Source: the human T2T-CHM13v2.0 reference genome, Homo sapiens
Reading direction: 5' to 3' (one strand)
Assembly (NCBI RefSeq): GCF_009914755.1
Contig: NC_060940.1
DNA length: 64,000 nucleotides
The notes below the pieces were generated by a model. The model did no database searches. It saw nothing but the letters and a program-made list of their open reading frames with translations, and had not been told where the DNA came from. Both the position numbers and the translations under genes were made by a program. Positions 24,620-37,900 of this stretch are shown here, in pieces (position 1 is the first letter of the stretch; each line of letters starts with the position of its first letter).

Positions 24620-25460
24620 GGCCTCTGGCACCCGACGCAGATGCCAGGCGCCCACACCCCGCGAGCCCGCACGCTTTACCTGCGCTGCTGCTGCCAGGAT
24701 CCACCTGCCCCAGCCGGCCCTCCCTGGCACCTCTGCCAACTGCTGCCGCCTCCCGCCACGGCTGCCAGCGATCGCGGTGGGTTTTGTGGATAGGCGTTTG
24801 GCCCCCTGCAGCCGCTGGCATACGTCGGTGGCACGCGTCCATCCTCACCGCAAGCTGCCCGCACCTTCCTCCTCCCCGTGCCTCCGGAGTCCCCAGTGCC
24901 AGCTCGGAGGGGAGTTGGCACGGATGGAGGCTGGCCAGCGTCTCGCGGCTGAGTATAGGCACGCTTCTTTTTTTTTTTTTTTTGTATTTTAAACACACAC
25001 ACATATTCTCACACGCACACACGCCAAGCCCCCACCCCTGGCAACACACATCCCTCCTGTCAGGAGCAGACATAGCCAAGAAAGCCCAGAGCAGGCGGGG
25101 GCAGAGAGAAGGGGCTTCGCCGAACGGAGGAACCTCAGCCCGCAGCTCTGTCCCTGCCCGTCCCCATTGCTCTCCCTCTTACGTAAACCACCAGGAAGAA
25201 GAAGAGGAAACACGGATCCACGTCACATCGAGGAGCCTCCTGATTGGGCGTACCTTCCCCTGCCAGGTCCCCTGGGACACACGCCAGCCCCGGCCACCCT
25301 GTCCCCTGCCCAGCCCCCCGCCTCCCCCAACGGTCTGCCACGGTGACCACACCCAGCTCCCTGCGTTTCTTCTCTTGAAAGGCGTTTATTCATCGAGTGC
25401 CAACCCTGGCTCCTGTGCGGACACGGCGGCTGGCAAGACAGCAGGGCTGGCCGAGAGTCT
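24620..25460. promoter_or_regulatory. CpG-enriched promoter- or enhancer-like region
   Basis: CpG density; TTACGTAA at 25179-25186, CCACGTCA at 25218-25225, inverted CCAAT (ATTGG) at 25243-25247. Confidence 0.4.
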
Positions 25461-25986
25461 GGCGGGATGACCCCGGGGGTTGTTGCCTGCCATGGGCACA
25501 GTCCGGGAGTCCTGACCTACGTCTGAGGGCCAGAGGGCATCCCAACTGGACGTGAAAGGCCAGCCTCAGGCTGAGGACGGGGTGGAACAGAGCCTCGGCC
25601 AGGCTCCTGCTAGAGAGCGGTTGCCGGCACTTGCTCTGTGCTGACCCCGCTGTCTCTGTCGCCTCCCTTGCTTGAAGAGCCCCATGTTGGTTATGCATGA
25701 CCTCTGACCCTGGAGACGCAGGTGACAACTCCCGGGCATCGGGGAGACGAGGTGTTGGGGACAGAGCCGGCGGTCATAGCCTCCAGCTCCTCTTCCTGCA
25801 TGGAGTGACCTGGCGCCGCGAGGTGGAGCTGGTGTCCGAGCCCTGAGGATGAGGCTGCTCCCTCCGCAAGGTGGGCGAGGAGCCAGGAAGAGCCAAGGGA
25901 GTGGCCACCCTGCCCTGACGGCCACCAACGGCCACCACGTCACCCTAGAAGACAACCCAAGCCCGTCTCCCCACACCTCGCGGATG

Positions 25987-26149
25987 GTGCAGTGCAGAGA
26001 GAAGGCCGGGCGGGTGCTGGGGGGCCCATCTCCCCGAGCCTTGCAAATAGTGCAGTGCAGGGAGAAGGCCGGGCGGGTGCTGGGGGGCCCGTCTCCCTGT
26101 GACTCGTGGACGGTGCGGTGCAGGGAGAAGGGCGGGCAGGTGCTGGAGG
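25987..26149. repeat. 63-bp tandem repeat, about 2.6 copies
   Basis: gtgcagtgcag.gagaaggccgggcgggtgctggggggccc repeated; 21-aa period in ORF. Confidence 0.85.
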
Positions 26150-26580
26150 ACTGAGTGAGGCCCCTCCAGGATGGCTCCCTGCCCCTCCATGCGCTGGGTC
26201 CTCGGGCCAGGACAGGTTGCATCTGGGTCACCAGCCCCCTCACACCCGCTCGCCTGAAGGCGGCCGACCCTGGCCACTGGTCGCCTGGTGGCAGAAGCCT
26301 CTTCTGGGCATTTTCAGGCACCGCAATGCTCTTCACAGCGTTAACTTTTTTTTTATCCAACCAAGGACAACCTCAGCTTCAGAAAGCCCTGGAATGCCCC
26401 ACAATGGACAAGCAAGGAACACCCTCCGGGACGGACCGCGAGACTCGGCCCTGAGATGCCTCAATACCCTGGACACCCCAGAACCTCAGATTGCGTGGCT
26501 GGGGCTCCTGCGGCCACCCTGCTCCCCAGAACCTCGTCGTCTTCCCGGTGCCCTGCGGCAGGAACACAGGGCTGGAGCCG

Positions 26581-26668
26581 ACCCCCAGGGCATGGCTGGG
26601 AGCTGCGGGAGTGAACGGGGAGTTAACCCCCAGGGCATGGCTGGGAGCTGCGGGAGTGAACGGGGAGC
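26581..26668. repeat. 45-bp tandem duplication
   Basis: acccccagggcatggctgggagctgcgggagtgaacggggag twice. Confidence 0.93.
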
Positions 26669-26989
26669 TGCCTGTGGCATCTGCCCTGTGGCTGTCACTC
26701 CCCTCACCTGTTCCCAGCCCGTGTCTGACAGGTCCCACCCTGGGCCCTGCCCCATCCCGCCCTCGAGGCCACGCCCCCTCTGTGCCACCCAGGCTGCTCC
26801 TGGTCACAGTTTGCATTTAGGCTGCAACCTCTGACCTCAGGCCCCTGGGTCTTCCTCTGCATTGGGCATTCCCAGGCCCCAGGCTGGAGGAGGCTCTGGG
26901 AGGTACGGCCTAACCCTGGGATTGGGGAGGTCAGGGGCCTGGGCTACTCAGCTGACCTTGTGGCCTTGCCCTGGAACCCGGCCCCTGCT

Positions 26990-27110
26990 GCCTCCCTGGG
27001 TTCACTCTGTTCCACCACACGGGCCTTCTTGCTGCCCCTGAAATGTTCTGGGAGCTCCTCCGCCGAAGCCCTGGCTGTTCCCTCAGCCTGGACGCTCCTC
27101 CTGCATGTCC
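26990..27110 (+). mobile_element. L2 fragment
   Basis: gttccaccacacgggccttcttgctg...ctggctgttccctcagcctggacgctc resembles the L2 3' region. Confidence 0.5.
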
Positions 27111-28490
27111 CGGAGGTGGCTCTGTGGCCCGCTGTGGCTACCCAGCAGGACCTGAGGTCTGAGGCCCACTGTGACCGCTGCAGGTGCATGTGATGTGAGG
27201 CGCAGGAGCTGGGAGAAGGGCAAAGCCCACCTTCCTCTGCAGCTGCTGCCTGTTCTCAGCTCATCTGGAAGAGAAGGGAAGGTTCAGAGTGCGGGGCCGC
27301 TCAGTGGGAATCAGCACAGACCTGCCAAGCACCCTCGTGGCGCTGACCTTTCCTTTAACCTCCCGGGTGCCTGGGCGCGTCCTGCTAAAATGAAACGAAG
27401 AGCAGATGTGAACTCGGGACAATGAACCACCAGCGTGTCCAGCTGTGGGGCTGGGACCCCTTCAGGATGCGATCAGATCAAGGCAGGCAGAAGGGCCGTT
27501 CCCGCAGCCACAGTCCGACTACAGAGTGACACCATGGGCTGGAGTGACCGCCGGGGAGGGACGGAGCCTGGAACCATCAGTGCCTGGCCTCCCCCAACCC
27601 TGTGTGGGCAGCTGCTGGTGTTCAGCCCCCACCCTGCCAGCCCCCACCTGGGCTCCACCCATCACCCCGACAGATGGGCTGAGTCAGGGGACCCCCATCG
27701 AGAGTCAGCACCCTGCTGCCGGCAGGTCGCACACCTCCGTCACGGGGCACCACTGGCAGGGTCTCAGGAGCCCCGACACCTTCCGAGGCCTCTCGGGGTC
27801 AGCACCTCCCCAGCCAGGGCCTCCAGTTCCCCGAGCGGGTGCCACCAGGCTGCTACCCCTGGAAGAGAGGCATCTCCTGATGGCTGTAGAAGGGGCCCCT
27901 CTCCTGGGCTCACGGCTCTGTGGGCCTCCCTGCCCGGGCTCATGCAGGGCACCTGGCCTCCTGGAGCTGGGAGCAGAGGCTGAGCCCGTCCTGGGGTTCT
28001 TGCTGGTCCCACACGTGCAGAGATGTGCAGACAACAGGCTCAGCTTCGCACGTCTGTACCTCAGCTTCCTGAGTAGGATGTGAGGGCTCAGTGAACCCCC
28101 AGATTCAAACATCAGGGCCAGTGCCACAGCCAAAGCCCCATCCCCAGAGCAGGTTAAATGTCACTGTACAGCCATGTGCGGTGGCCGGGTCCGGGTGCTC
28201 TGGCTGTGATGTTGCGTGCCCCGCCTGTGTGTGTGCGTGAGCGTGGGTGGACTTCCAAGTGTGTGCAGAGTCACATGCGGGTGATCCTAGGCGTGCATCC
28301 GCCTGTGAGCACGTGGGAGAGTGCGCCACCCGTGTGTGTGGTCCGTGAGCATCCACCAGGTGCATACACACCACGAGCCACTGTGAGCATGCAGGGTTGC
28401 GTGTGTGCCCATGAGCCTCCATGAATGTGCAGGAATGCATGTGTGTCTAGGCGTGTGTGTCCGTGTGCACCTGTTTATGTGACCGTGCTG

Positions 28491-28696
28491 CAGTAGGTGC
28501 TGGTAGGCAGGAACCCAAAACCTGCAACAGCCCTGCCTGGCAATGTTCGTCCATTTCTGTGGTGTAAACTCTCCCACCAACTTCAAGCTATGACATGATG
28601 TAACTCAATTATGATGTGATGTCACTCAGTTTGGAGTGGGGAAGAGGGGAGCCCCATCGGCTCCCACAACCGGTTCAGGCGGCTCCAGCACCACTG
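28491..28696 (-). mobile_element. MER63A-like hAT non-autonomous DNA transposon
   Basis: Terminal inverted ends cagtaggtgctgg / ccagcaccactg; minus-strand tagcttgaa...ggtgggagagtttacaccacagaaat matches recalled MER63 consensus; about 206 bp. Confidence 0.75.
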
Positions 28697-29597
28697 GCCA
28701 TGTGCACCTGCCTGCACACGTGTGTGACAGCATGAGTGTGATTGTCTTGCCCTGAGTCCCCACGTGGCACTGCTTGTCACTGTGGGCCTGGTGTGCGTGT
28801 CTCTGGGTGTGCCACGCTCAGTGCTGGGCACCCTCCATTCCATCAAGCCTCAGTGTCAGCCCCTAGGTGAGCCCTGGGGACCAGCGAATGGGTTCCTTCT
28901 GCTGGGAACTACCTGGTCACCCCACCCTGCTCCTCCACACGGCCATGGCAGCCAGCATCAGTGCAGAGCCAGGGTCCCATGGCCCACCCTGCAGACCCTC
29001 CTGGTGGCTGACAGTTAAGATTGGAGGGAGGCAGGGCACCCGGGTCAGCCCGGATAGCCAGCCTCGTTGGCAGCGGCCTTCCCGTCTTCAGTGAAGCGGG
29101 CCACGCTCAGGAAGAGAGTTCTCAGGCAATCGTGGGGTCCCAGGTGCCTTGGCCCTTGGCTGCACTGACAGCACTTTCCCAGCCATGCCCAGTGATGCTG
29201 GGGGCAGCCCTCTAGAGCCTCGGGTTCTCAGTGGCACCCCCAACACCTTGGATTCCACCTCATGAGGACAGCCTGTGCCTCAGAGCGACCACCACTCCTG
29301 CCTTAGTGCATTCAGGAATTGGGCCGACGGCAATGTCAGGACGTCCTCACAGGGCTGTGGGGCCAGCCAGCCCTGGGTTATCCGTTCTTCCCACCTCTCT
29401 GCAGGGCTGGGATTGGCTGTCCCACTTCACGCAGGAGGCAGCAGGCCCAGCGGGGAGAGGTCACTTGTCCAAGGCCTGGACTCTCATCTTGGGTTACCTC
29501 CACCAATCCCAGCTGTCCTCGAGGTCACCAGCCCCAGCGCCCACAAAGCACTCAGCAGTGCCAGCCCAAGAGAGAGTGGGCAAAGCCAGCTGGACAC

Positions 29598-29945
29598 AGG
29601 AGCCCCTGCCCTCCTTCCTGTCCTCCTCCTCCCAGGTGGACGCGGGATCCCCTGTCCTCCTTCTGTCCTCCTCCCAAGTGGACGCGGGAGCCCCTGCCCT
29701 CCTTCCTGTCCTCCTCCTCCCAGGTGGACGCGGGATCCGCTGTCCTCCTTCCTGTCCTCCTCCCAGGTGAAATGTGGGAGCCCCTGTCCTCCTTCCTGTC
29801 CTCCTCCTCCCAGGTGGACACGGGATCCCCTGTCCTCCTTCCTGTCCTCCTCCCAGGTGAAATGTGGGAGCCCCTGTCCTCCTTCCTGTTCTCCTCCTCC
29901 CAGGTGGACGCGGGAGCCCCTGCCCTCCTTCCTGTCCTCCTCTCC
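29598..29945. repeat. Pyrimidine-rich 43-47-bp VNTR with a 90-bp higher-order dimer
   Basis: caggtgga at 29721, 29811 and 29901; caggtgaa at 29764 and 29854. Confidence 0.93.
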
Positions 29946-31170
29946 TCCCCTTGAGATGTCTGCAGGACAGATGCAGGGTGGAGGGAGGGTGCCTGCCAGA
30001 CCACTTGCTCAGCCTTGAGCTGGGGTGTGGACCACTGGGCATTGGTGAGAGGCAGAGAGGCGTGTGCCCAGCAGGGCCCTGCGGAGTCAGGATGAGAGAG
30101 TAGGGGAGGGGCCGAGCTCCTTCTACCCTGGGACGCCTCGTCCCACCGCCTCCTCCTGGACAGCTGCAGGACCTGGGCCTCTGGGAGCCTCCTTAGAGGG
30201 AGCCCAGGCCAGTCTGAGATGGTGCAGTCTGTACTGGGCCCTCCTGCCCCACCAGCCCTTCCTGCCTGTCTCCTCCACCAGGGCCTGGAGCCTCACGCCT
30301 GGGGTCAGTGGCACTGGCAACCCAAGCTGCCACCAAGCGCGAGCTGCTTCCAGTTCCACACACAGCAGAGGTGCTCACACCACAATCACCCTCAACAGCG
30401 CAGACGCTGCTGTGAGGAAACACTGAGGGATTGAGAGCCGCTGGTTTCGTCTGCAGTTAACCAGCGAGCCACTCGGTGCAGGCAGCAGGAGGGTCCCCAC
30501 TGCCAGGCGGGGGTGACAGGAGCGCCCAGTTAACTTTAACCCGGGCTAACCACTGCCAGGGAGGTGCCAGGGCTGGGCTGGCCTGACTTGAGGGGTAGGG
30601 AAAGGCTGTCGTGTCTGGCGTCACCCCAGAGATGACCTGGACTGTCAGGGCTGTGTACTGATGGGGGTAGCCCCTCCCTGCCCCTGGGACCCAGGCCCCC
30701 AGGGGCTGTCTGTGTCACGGGATGGTTGGGCTCCAAGCCTGGGGCTGCAGGGTCAGAAGGAAGGCTGGGTTCCTGCCACTGGCAGAGGGGTCTGGGCCCC
30801 AAGGGCGGGCACATAGGGCACACCCCTTGACCCTCTGGAGCTCTCTTCTTCCACAGCTCGTGGGCCTCCTGGGTCCCTCCTGGCCCACAGGTCATCCAGG
30901 AGCATTGGTTCAGAAGCCTCTGCAGGCTCTTCCAGCCTGAGACGAGGCCTGGAGGCTGAGGCAGGAGCCCAGGAAGCAGCAAGAGGGGCCCCAGCTGTGT
31001 CCCTGAACCCTGGCAAAGATGGCCAAACTTTGCCTCCAGCCTCAGCCTCCCTGGGCAGCTCAGCCTCCACAGCAGGAAGACCATGGGAGAGTGGCCGGCG
31101 GCGGGGCAGTGGGGGGTGCCATTGGGGTGGTGGCAGGATGGTGGAGACAGGACCCACCCTTGACCTTCTG

Positions 31171-31390
31171 CCCATCAGTGGATGGATGAAGAAAGTGTGG
31201 CACACCCACGGTGGAGTACTATGCAGTCCTCAAAAAGGAGCAACACCATGGGCGAGCCTGGAGAACGTCACACTAAGTAAAATCAGCTGGGTGCAGAAAG
31301 ACACACGCTACCCATCTCATGAATGTGTGGAATCTAAAAATGTCAATCCCCCTTAGGAGCTAAGAGCAGAGTGGTTGTGAGCTTGGGGTT
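31171..31390 (+). mobile_element. Old L1 3' fragment
   Basis: ccatcagtggatggatgaagaaagtgtggcac...ctaagtaaaatcagc...gtggaatctaaaaa. Confidence 0.7.
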
Positions 31391-31476
31391 AACCGTTCGG
31401 ATTGAGAAGATAAAAGAAAATAAATAAAATAAAATTTATAAGGAAAGGCGAAGGACCTGGAATACTTAAAACAATC

Positions 31477-32216
<740 letters not shown>

Positions 32217-33473
32217 CCAATCCTGAAACAAGGGAGAAAAAAGTGGAGGCATCACTCTAGCTGGCGTGGATATTAAAGCCTCATCCATTGTGACAATGTT
32301 GAGAAAGTGACGTGTGTGCATCAGGGTAGACTCTCGAACCAACGGAACAAAACAGAACAGAACAGAAAACCCAGAAACTGACCCACACAAATAGGCCCAC
32401 CTGATTTTTGACAAAGGTATAAAAACAATTCAGTGGAAGAAGAGTAGCTTTTCAACAAATGGTGCTGGAAGAATCAGACATCTACAGGCCAAAAAAAAAA
32501 AAAAAAAGGAACTTTGACCTAAGTCTCATAACTTATACAAAAATTAACTCAGAACGTACCCAGAGGAGGCAAACCCACAAGGACAGAAAGCAGATCTGAG
32601 GCTGCGAGGGGAAAATCCGCTCATGTGTTTTGCTCTTGCCATTGCCAGTCATACGTCTGCTCCCGTCATCTCAGGGCGACGATTTCTTGGTGCTGCTCTG
32701 TGTGTTTGCTGTTTTCTCACCCTTGGCAGGTACATTTCACTCCAGTTTTTGCTAATTGTTAGAGAGATATTCATCCTGTTTTAATTTTCTGGTACTTGCC
32801 GTATTTTTCTCTGACCACGTGTGTGAGGAACCATCTCCCCGTGTGCGAGGACTTAGCCTGCCTCTGCCTCCCGTCACTGTCCTCCCAGGGATACTTATTT
32901 TTGTGGGCATGTGAAGAAAATGAAGACTCAGCTGATTGATGTGATTTTGGTTTGCATATGAAGTTTCCTTTTGGAATTGTTGGTGGGATTTGCACCTTAT
33001 TTCTTAACCATGTCATAGTGATTACTGGGATTTGAGATCTCAGCCTGTCCGCCATGTGGATTCTTCCCTTGCTCCCTTCTGCGATTTAAGGAAAGGTTCG
33101 GGCTGCTTCCCACGGCCTTTTAGGATTCTGTATGCGTGCGCTGAAGGAACCCCAGGCTGATTCTCAGGCAGACATAGGCCTGGTCAGTGCAGGTTGAATT
33201 TACAGGATGAAATCCAAGCTCCACATCTGTCCGCACATGTCCCCCTGCCCAGCAGCAGCCCAGCTGGGCGGCCCCGCAACTGGCCCTGGGGTCTTTCCTT
33301 CTTCCTCGGCTTCTCCCCTCCTCCTGCAAATCCCCCTCCTCCTTCAGAAGCAGCCCCCAGGTGTGGACACAGCACATTGCTGAGGGTGCCCCTGAGCACC
33401 CACCTTCTTCTGGGACGGACCGGCGCCCAGCGGACACTGGAAGCATCTGAACTGGTGTGCAGTGCAGCCCTGA

Positions 33474-33685
33474 TTTCCCGTGGGCTCCTCCCTTTCCCGT
33501 GGGCTCTGCGCTTTCTCGTGGGCTCCTTCCTTTCCCGCGGGCTCTGCACTTTCCCACTGGGCTCCTCGCTTTCCCGTGGGCTCCTCGCTTTCCCAGTGGG
33601 CTCCGCGCTTTCCCTTGGGCTCCGCGCTTTCCTGGTGGGCTCCTCACTTTCCTACTGAGCTCCTCGCTTTCCCGTGGGCTCTGTG
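33474..33685. repeat. 19-20-bp minisatellite, 11 copies (TTTCCCGTGGGCTCCTCGC)
   Basis: TTT starts at 33474, 33493, 33512, 33531, 33550, 33570, 33589, 33609, 33628, 33648 and 33668. Confidence 0.93.
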
Positions 33686-35206
33686 CTCGCTCCCAGGACC
33701 AGCAGTCACTGTCCCTCCATGTGCTCACCTTGGGGCACCGGGCACTGGCTCCTGCCTGATTTATGGTCTTCCCCGCCCTGGTCTCAGCTGCCCCAGGGGC
33801 GCTGGCCCCGTCTTCACCTCACGCCCCCAAATGAATTACAGGAGCCACCTGGGGAGAAGTTTTAAGAGGAGAAAAATACCTTATGATCGAAAACTATGAA
33901 GAAGTAAAATAGCAGCTAGGAGCAGCTCCCCTAACCAATCCCTGGCTTCCACGGGCCAGTGGCCAACACCTGGCCAGACGGGCCAGCAGCCTCCTGCCAG
34001 GGCCCTGGGCTAACAGCTGAGGCCACCTGCACCCAGGAAGTTTCGTAGTGATTTTCAAGGTCTGGTTACCGAAAGGGCGAAGGGATGCTGGGCACTGGGG
34101 GAAATGCTGACCTCCAGCCTCCACCCCCACGGTGAGGAGCGTGAAGCCCCAGGGTGGGTGGGGAGATTCCTTGCAAAGGTGGCCCCGTCCCTGCACCCCT
34201 CACCCCTGCTGCTCCCCCACGAGGAGTGGGAACCCCTCATCCATGCCCACACAGGGGCCCTGCTGCTCCCCCACAAGGAGTGGGAAACTTGCAGTTTTCC
34301 GGGAGGGACTGTGCACCAACTCCAGCTTAGGCCTCCAGGGGCTCAGCCCCAGCTCTCCAAAGCTTCCATCGCCATGGAGACAGCAGGATCAGCAGAGCAG
34401 GGGGAGCCCATGAGGGCATGGCTGTGTCCAGCCTGGAGCGAGGTAGGGCAGGGGGTGAGGGGTGAAGCCCGGGGCCCAGGCTTGGCGGGGTGATGGGAAT
34501 GAGGCAACCTGGCCCAAGGACCCAAAGCTGATGGAGACCCACAGACAAGGGGAGGTTGAGGAGCTGCAGGGTCTCCTGGTGGTGGTGGGGGTCTGGGACC
34601 ACCCAGCCTCAAAAAGGCTGTGAGAATCACAGGAGTGTTTGAGACACCCCACAATTAAGGGGCATGGCGGGGACCAAGCAGGGTCCCAGAGCCCAGAGCA
34701 GAGACGGTGGGAAGGACGGGCTGTGGACGAGGATGGGTTCTGACAAGAGGAGGGTGACAGAGCGGGGCGGCCATGGCGGCAGGAGGGCTGCAGGGGCAGG
34801 GGAGGGAGTGAGGTCAGTGGGAGCTGGGGAGAGGACAGGGCGGGAGGGCTTGAGGGGCTGCTGAAGGTATGCACTGAGGCCTGCAGAGAAGCCAAAAAAC
34901 GCTGGGTTTTGGGTGCCCCCATAGAAACACAGGGCCCAAAGGGAAACGGGGAGCCCCTCTCTACCCGGGACCCGCCCTCAAGGGTGGCTGGATGAAGTGT
35001 GTCTGGGGGCTTATGGTGGTGGTCACGCTCCAGGCCCATCCTGGACCGGGGATTCTGGGCCCAGGAAAGCTGCTGGAGCCTGTGGTCACCTTTGACCCCT
35101 GCGGCCTGGCTGCTCCTGACAGCATGAGTTGATTCAAGGACAAAGCCAGGACCCCTGGCTTGGAGGGACAGTCCCACAACCCCTGGGTCCCAGGCTGGCA
35201 CACGTG

Positions 35207-35372
35207 CCTCCTGGGCCACCCCCACCTGCCCCCCACCGCTAGCACCCCACTCTCTACCCTCCCAGGCCAGCGCACTGCCTCCTGGGCCAGCACCCCCACC
35301 TGCCCCCACCGCCGGCGCCCCGCTCTCTACCCTCCCAGGCCAGCACACATGACTCCTGGGCCAGCACCCCCG
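35207..35372. repeat. C-rich tandem repeat of 71-75 bp, about 2.3 copies
   Basis: ctcctgggcca..cccccacctgccccc.accgc...ctctctaccctcccaggccagc repeated. Confidence 0.8.
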
Positions 35373-37800
35373 TCCCCGCCGGCACTTCACTTTCTACCTT
35401 TGCTCTTCTTCCCCGGCCATGTCTCCTGCTCTGGTCCTGGGGCCGGAAGTCAGCGCTCTGTGCAGATGAGCTTGGGGCAGCCCACGCCCTGCAAACCCTG
35501 CCAGGCTTCTGAGCAGCCGTTGACCTGCCCTGCTCCCCTGATGCCTACCTGGGGGGCAAGAAGCCTAAGTCCAGCCCCCTTCCACAGGGTCCCTTTAGCT
35601 TCTAGGGACGCATGGGGGTGGGGTCCAGGTCCCCTGGCCCAAGGGCTGGAGGTGCCAGGGGCTCTTTGATTGCAGGAAGGGAGCCCCAGACAAGTAAGGG
35701 AAGGCCAAGGGGGCATGAGGAGGCTTGACGGTGTCTGCCTGGTGCGGGGTCCCCACCCTGCTCCTTAGGCCAGGCCGTGTGGCCCCCTCTTCTGGGCTCT
35801 GCCCACTGGGCTGCCCAAGGGCCTGGTGCACTCGGCCTTATCCAGCCTCCTGGCTGTGAGGCTGGAGCATCCTTTGCACGGTGGCTCCATCTCCCCTCTG
35901 CACCGTAAGGGCTGACGTCTCCAAGGGCTTCTGCGATGGGGGCCCTCTTTGCAGGCGGAGTCTGCTGGCCCTGACTTGTCCTGGGGTGCTTGAGTGTCCC
36001 AGGAGGCCCAAAGAAGAACAGGCTGAGAAAAGGGGGCACAGGTGGCCACGGCCCCAGGTGTGGTCCAGCCAGGCCAGTCCAGAGAAGGAGGAAGGGAGAC
36101 TGGGTGAGGAGGGCCCGGCCCCTGGGAGTTTCCCAGCCGCTGGGGGCCCCGGAAACGTGGGCTAGCCTTCTGCTGAGCGCGTGACCATCCCCACCCTGGT
36201 CACCCACTGGGCTGGCTGGGCCACGTAACCCAGAAGCCCTCATGGCTTCCAGGAAAAGAGGCCGTCCAAGAGCCCTGACTCTGACCCAGGGGCATGGGTG
36301 GCTCCGGGAGTGACCTGTGGGGAGGGGCACAGAGGAGCCTCCCCGGGCCTCAGCCTGGGTCTTGCCTCTGGGCTGCGGGAGCCGGGGAGCCTCGGCCGTG
36401 TTCTGGGCTCCACACAGTCCCGAGCCCCACAAGATCAGCCCTGGCTTGGTTCTGTACGTTGCTTCCTGCAGGGGAGGGGAGGGGGAGGGGAATGGCCAAC
36501 AGCTGGTGTTCAGGGTGCCCTGTGGGATGGCATGGCCCCTCAGGTATCAGGGAGTCCCGTTAGACTAGGCTCCTAACCAGGACCTGGGCAGGGGAGCATC
36601 ACAGCGCTGGGGCCCCAGACTGCTGCCCACCGGCTGCCTGGGTTCCTCTCTGAACCTCAGTCTCCTCATCGGCCTGGCGGGAACAGCTGCTCGCTCCTGT
36701 TCTTTCCCCGTCAGGCGTGTGAGACGTGTCTCCTTTCTCTCCGCCAAGAGTGAACTCCCTTTGACCAGGCCTCGTGGTGGTTCAGGGAGAGATGTTCGTG
36801 AAGCAAGGGCGTCCCGTGAGCCTGGCCCGTCACCCGACCTCTAGGCTTCACAAACCTTCAGATCTGAGCAACACACAGTCGTGACCCTGTGGCTCCAGAG
36901 CTCCCTCTCCAAGTGGCTTCTCCGGGTCCCGCAGAGCAGACCCTGCAGATCCAAGGCCAACCTCCTAGGACCCCGGCCTCCCACCCACAGGAGGGTTTTC
37001 CCTCGGTCCTAAGCGGCCCTCCTTCCAGCACGGCAGGGAGACCTGGGGCTGCAGGGATTTGCCGGGAGAGCCCGGGGCCACCAGCACCGTCCTGCGAAGG
37101 ATGTAGCCTCAGGCCAGACCCCTACTTCTAGAAGAGTCCTGCCTCTTGCTACCCACCATGGCCTGGAAGGCACATTCTGAGGCTTTGCTTGCTCTGCAAA
37201 TCAACCCTGCTCTGTCTGGTGGCCCGAGGAGGGTGTCACAGACCAGGGCCTGGCTTAGAGCTCCCGGGGCCCAGCCCACCACCCACAGCATGTGGAGAGG
37301 AGGCTCAGAAGGGCTGTGCAGTGTCCTCCACTCGGGATCTGCCCTTGGGGCTCAGCGGCACTCCAGGCCGTGACAGCAGAGGCGCTGTCCCCAGCCGTCC
37401 CCCGATGGCGGAAGCTGGGCCCTCTCTGGGCTCCTTGGACTCTGAGGGGCTCAGGCTCCCAGACGCCACCCTGCCCAGCTGCCCCGAACGGAAGTGTGCA
37501 GTGTGTGGGCGTTGGAACATTCCACCCACCCTGCCTGCTGCCACCCACCCAGGGGACTGGGAAGTGAAATTGCTTGGTCTGTGCCGGGCGTGGCAGGTAA
37601 GGGCCGGGTGGGCCCACCAGGCAAATTTCTCAAGGGTGGCGTGGGAACCCGTCTTCTTCCAGGCAGCCGTGTCCAGGGTGGTGGTGGTGTCCAGGCACCT
37701 GGGGTGGGCGCTGAGTGTCCACAGCAGAGGAGAGATGGGCTACACCCTTAGGGGTGCGGGAGATACCCCCACCCTGCCCCCAGGCTGCCAGCCCACAGGG

Positions 37801-37900
37801 AGGAAGTGATTCTGCAGCCAATCAGAGGGAGCATTGATTCTGCGGCCAATCAGAGGGAGCGTTGATTCTGCGGCCAATCAGAGGGAGCGTTTGGCGCCCG
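37801..37900 (+). promoter_or_regulatory. 28-bp triplication carrying three CCAAT boxes, flanked by ETS and E2F motifs
   Basis: AGGAAGTG at 37801; CCAAT at 37818, 37846 and 37874 (GCCAATCAG); TTTGGCGC at 37890-37897. The repeat is certain; the function is inferred. Confidence 0.55.

Noticed and set aside
25385-25390. Poly(A) signals (TTTATT here and at about 20543; AATAAA at about 44650)
   Set aside because: Isolated hexamers without supporting exons; expected by chance.
24409-25470. 353-aa ORF (likewise 34389-35390, 51316-52170 and 52153-53232)
   Set aside because: Pro/Ala/Gly/Arg-rich composition typical of chance ORFs in GC-rich DNA. They cross poly-T or tandem repeats and show no recognisable domain.
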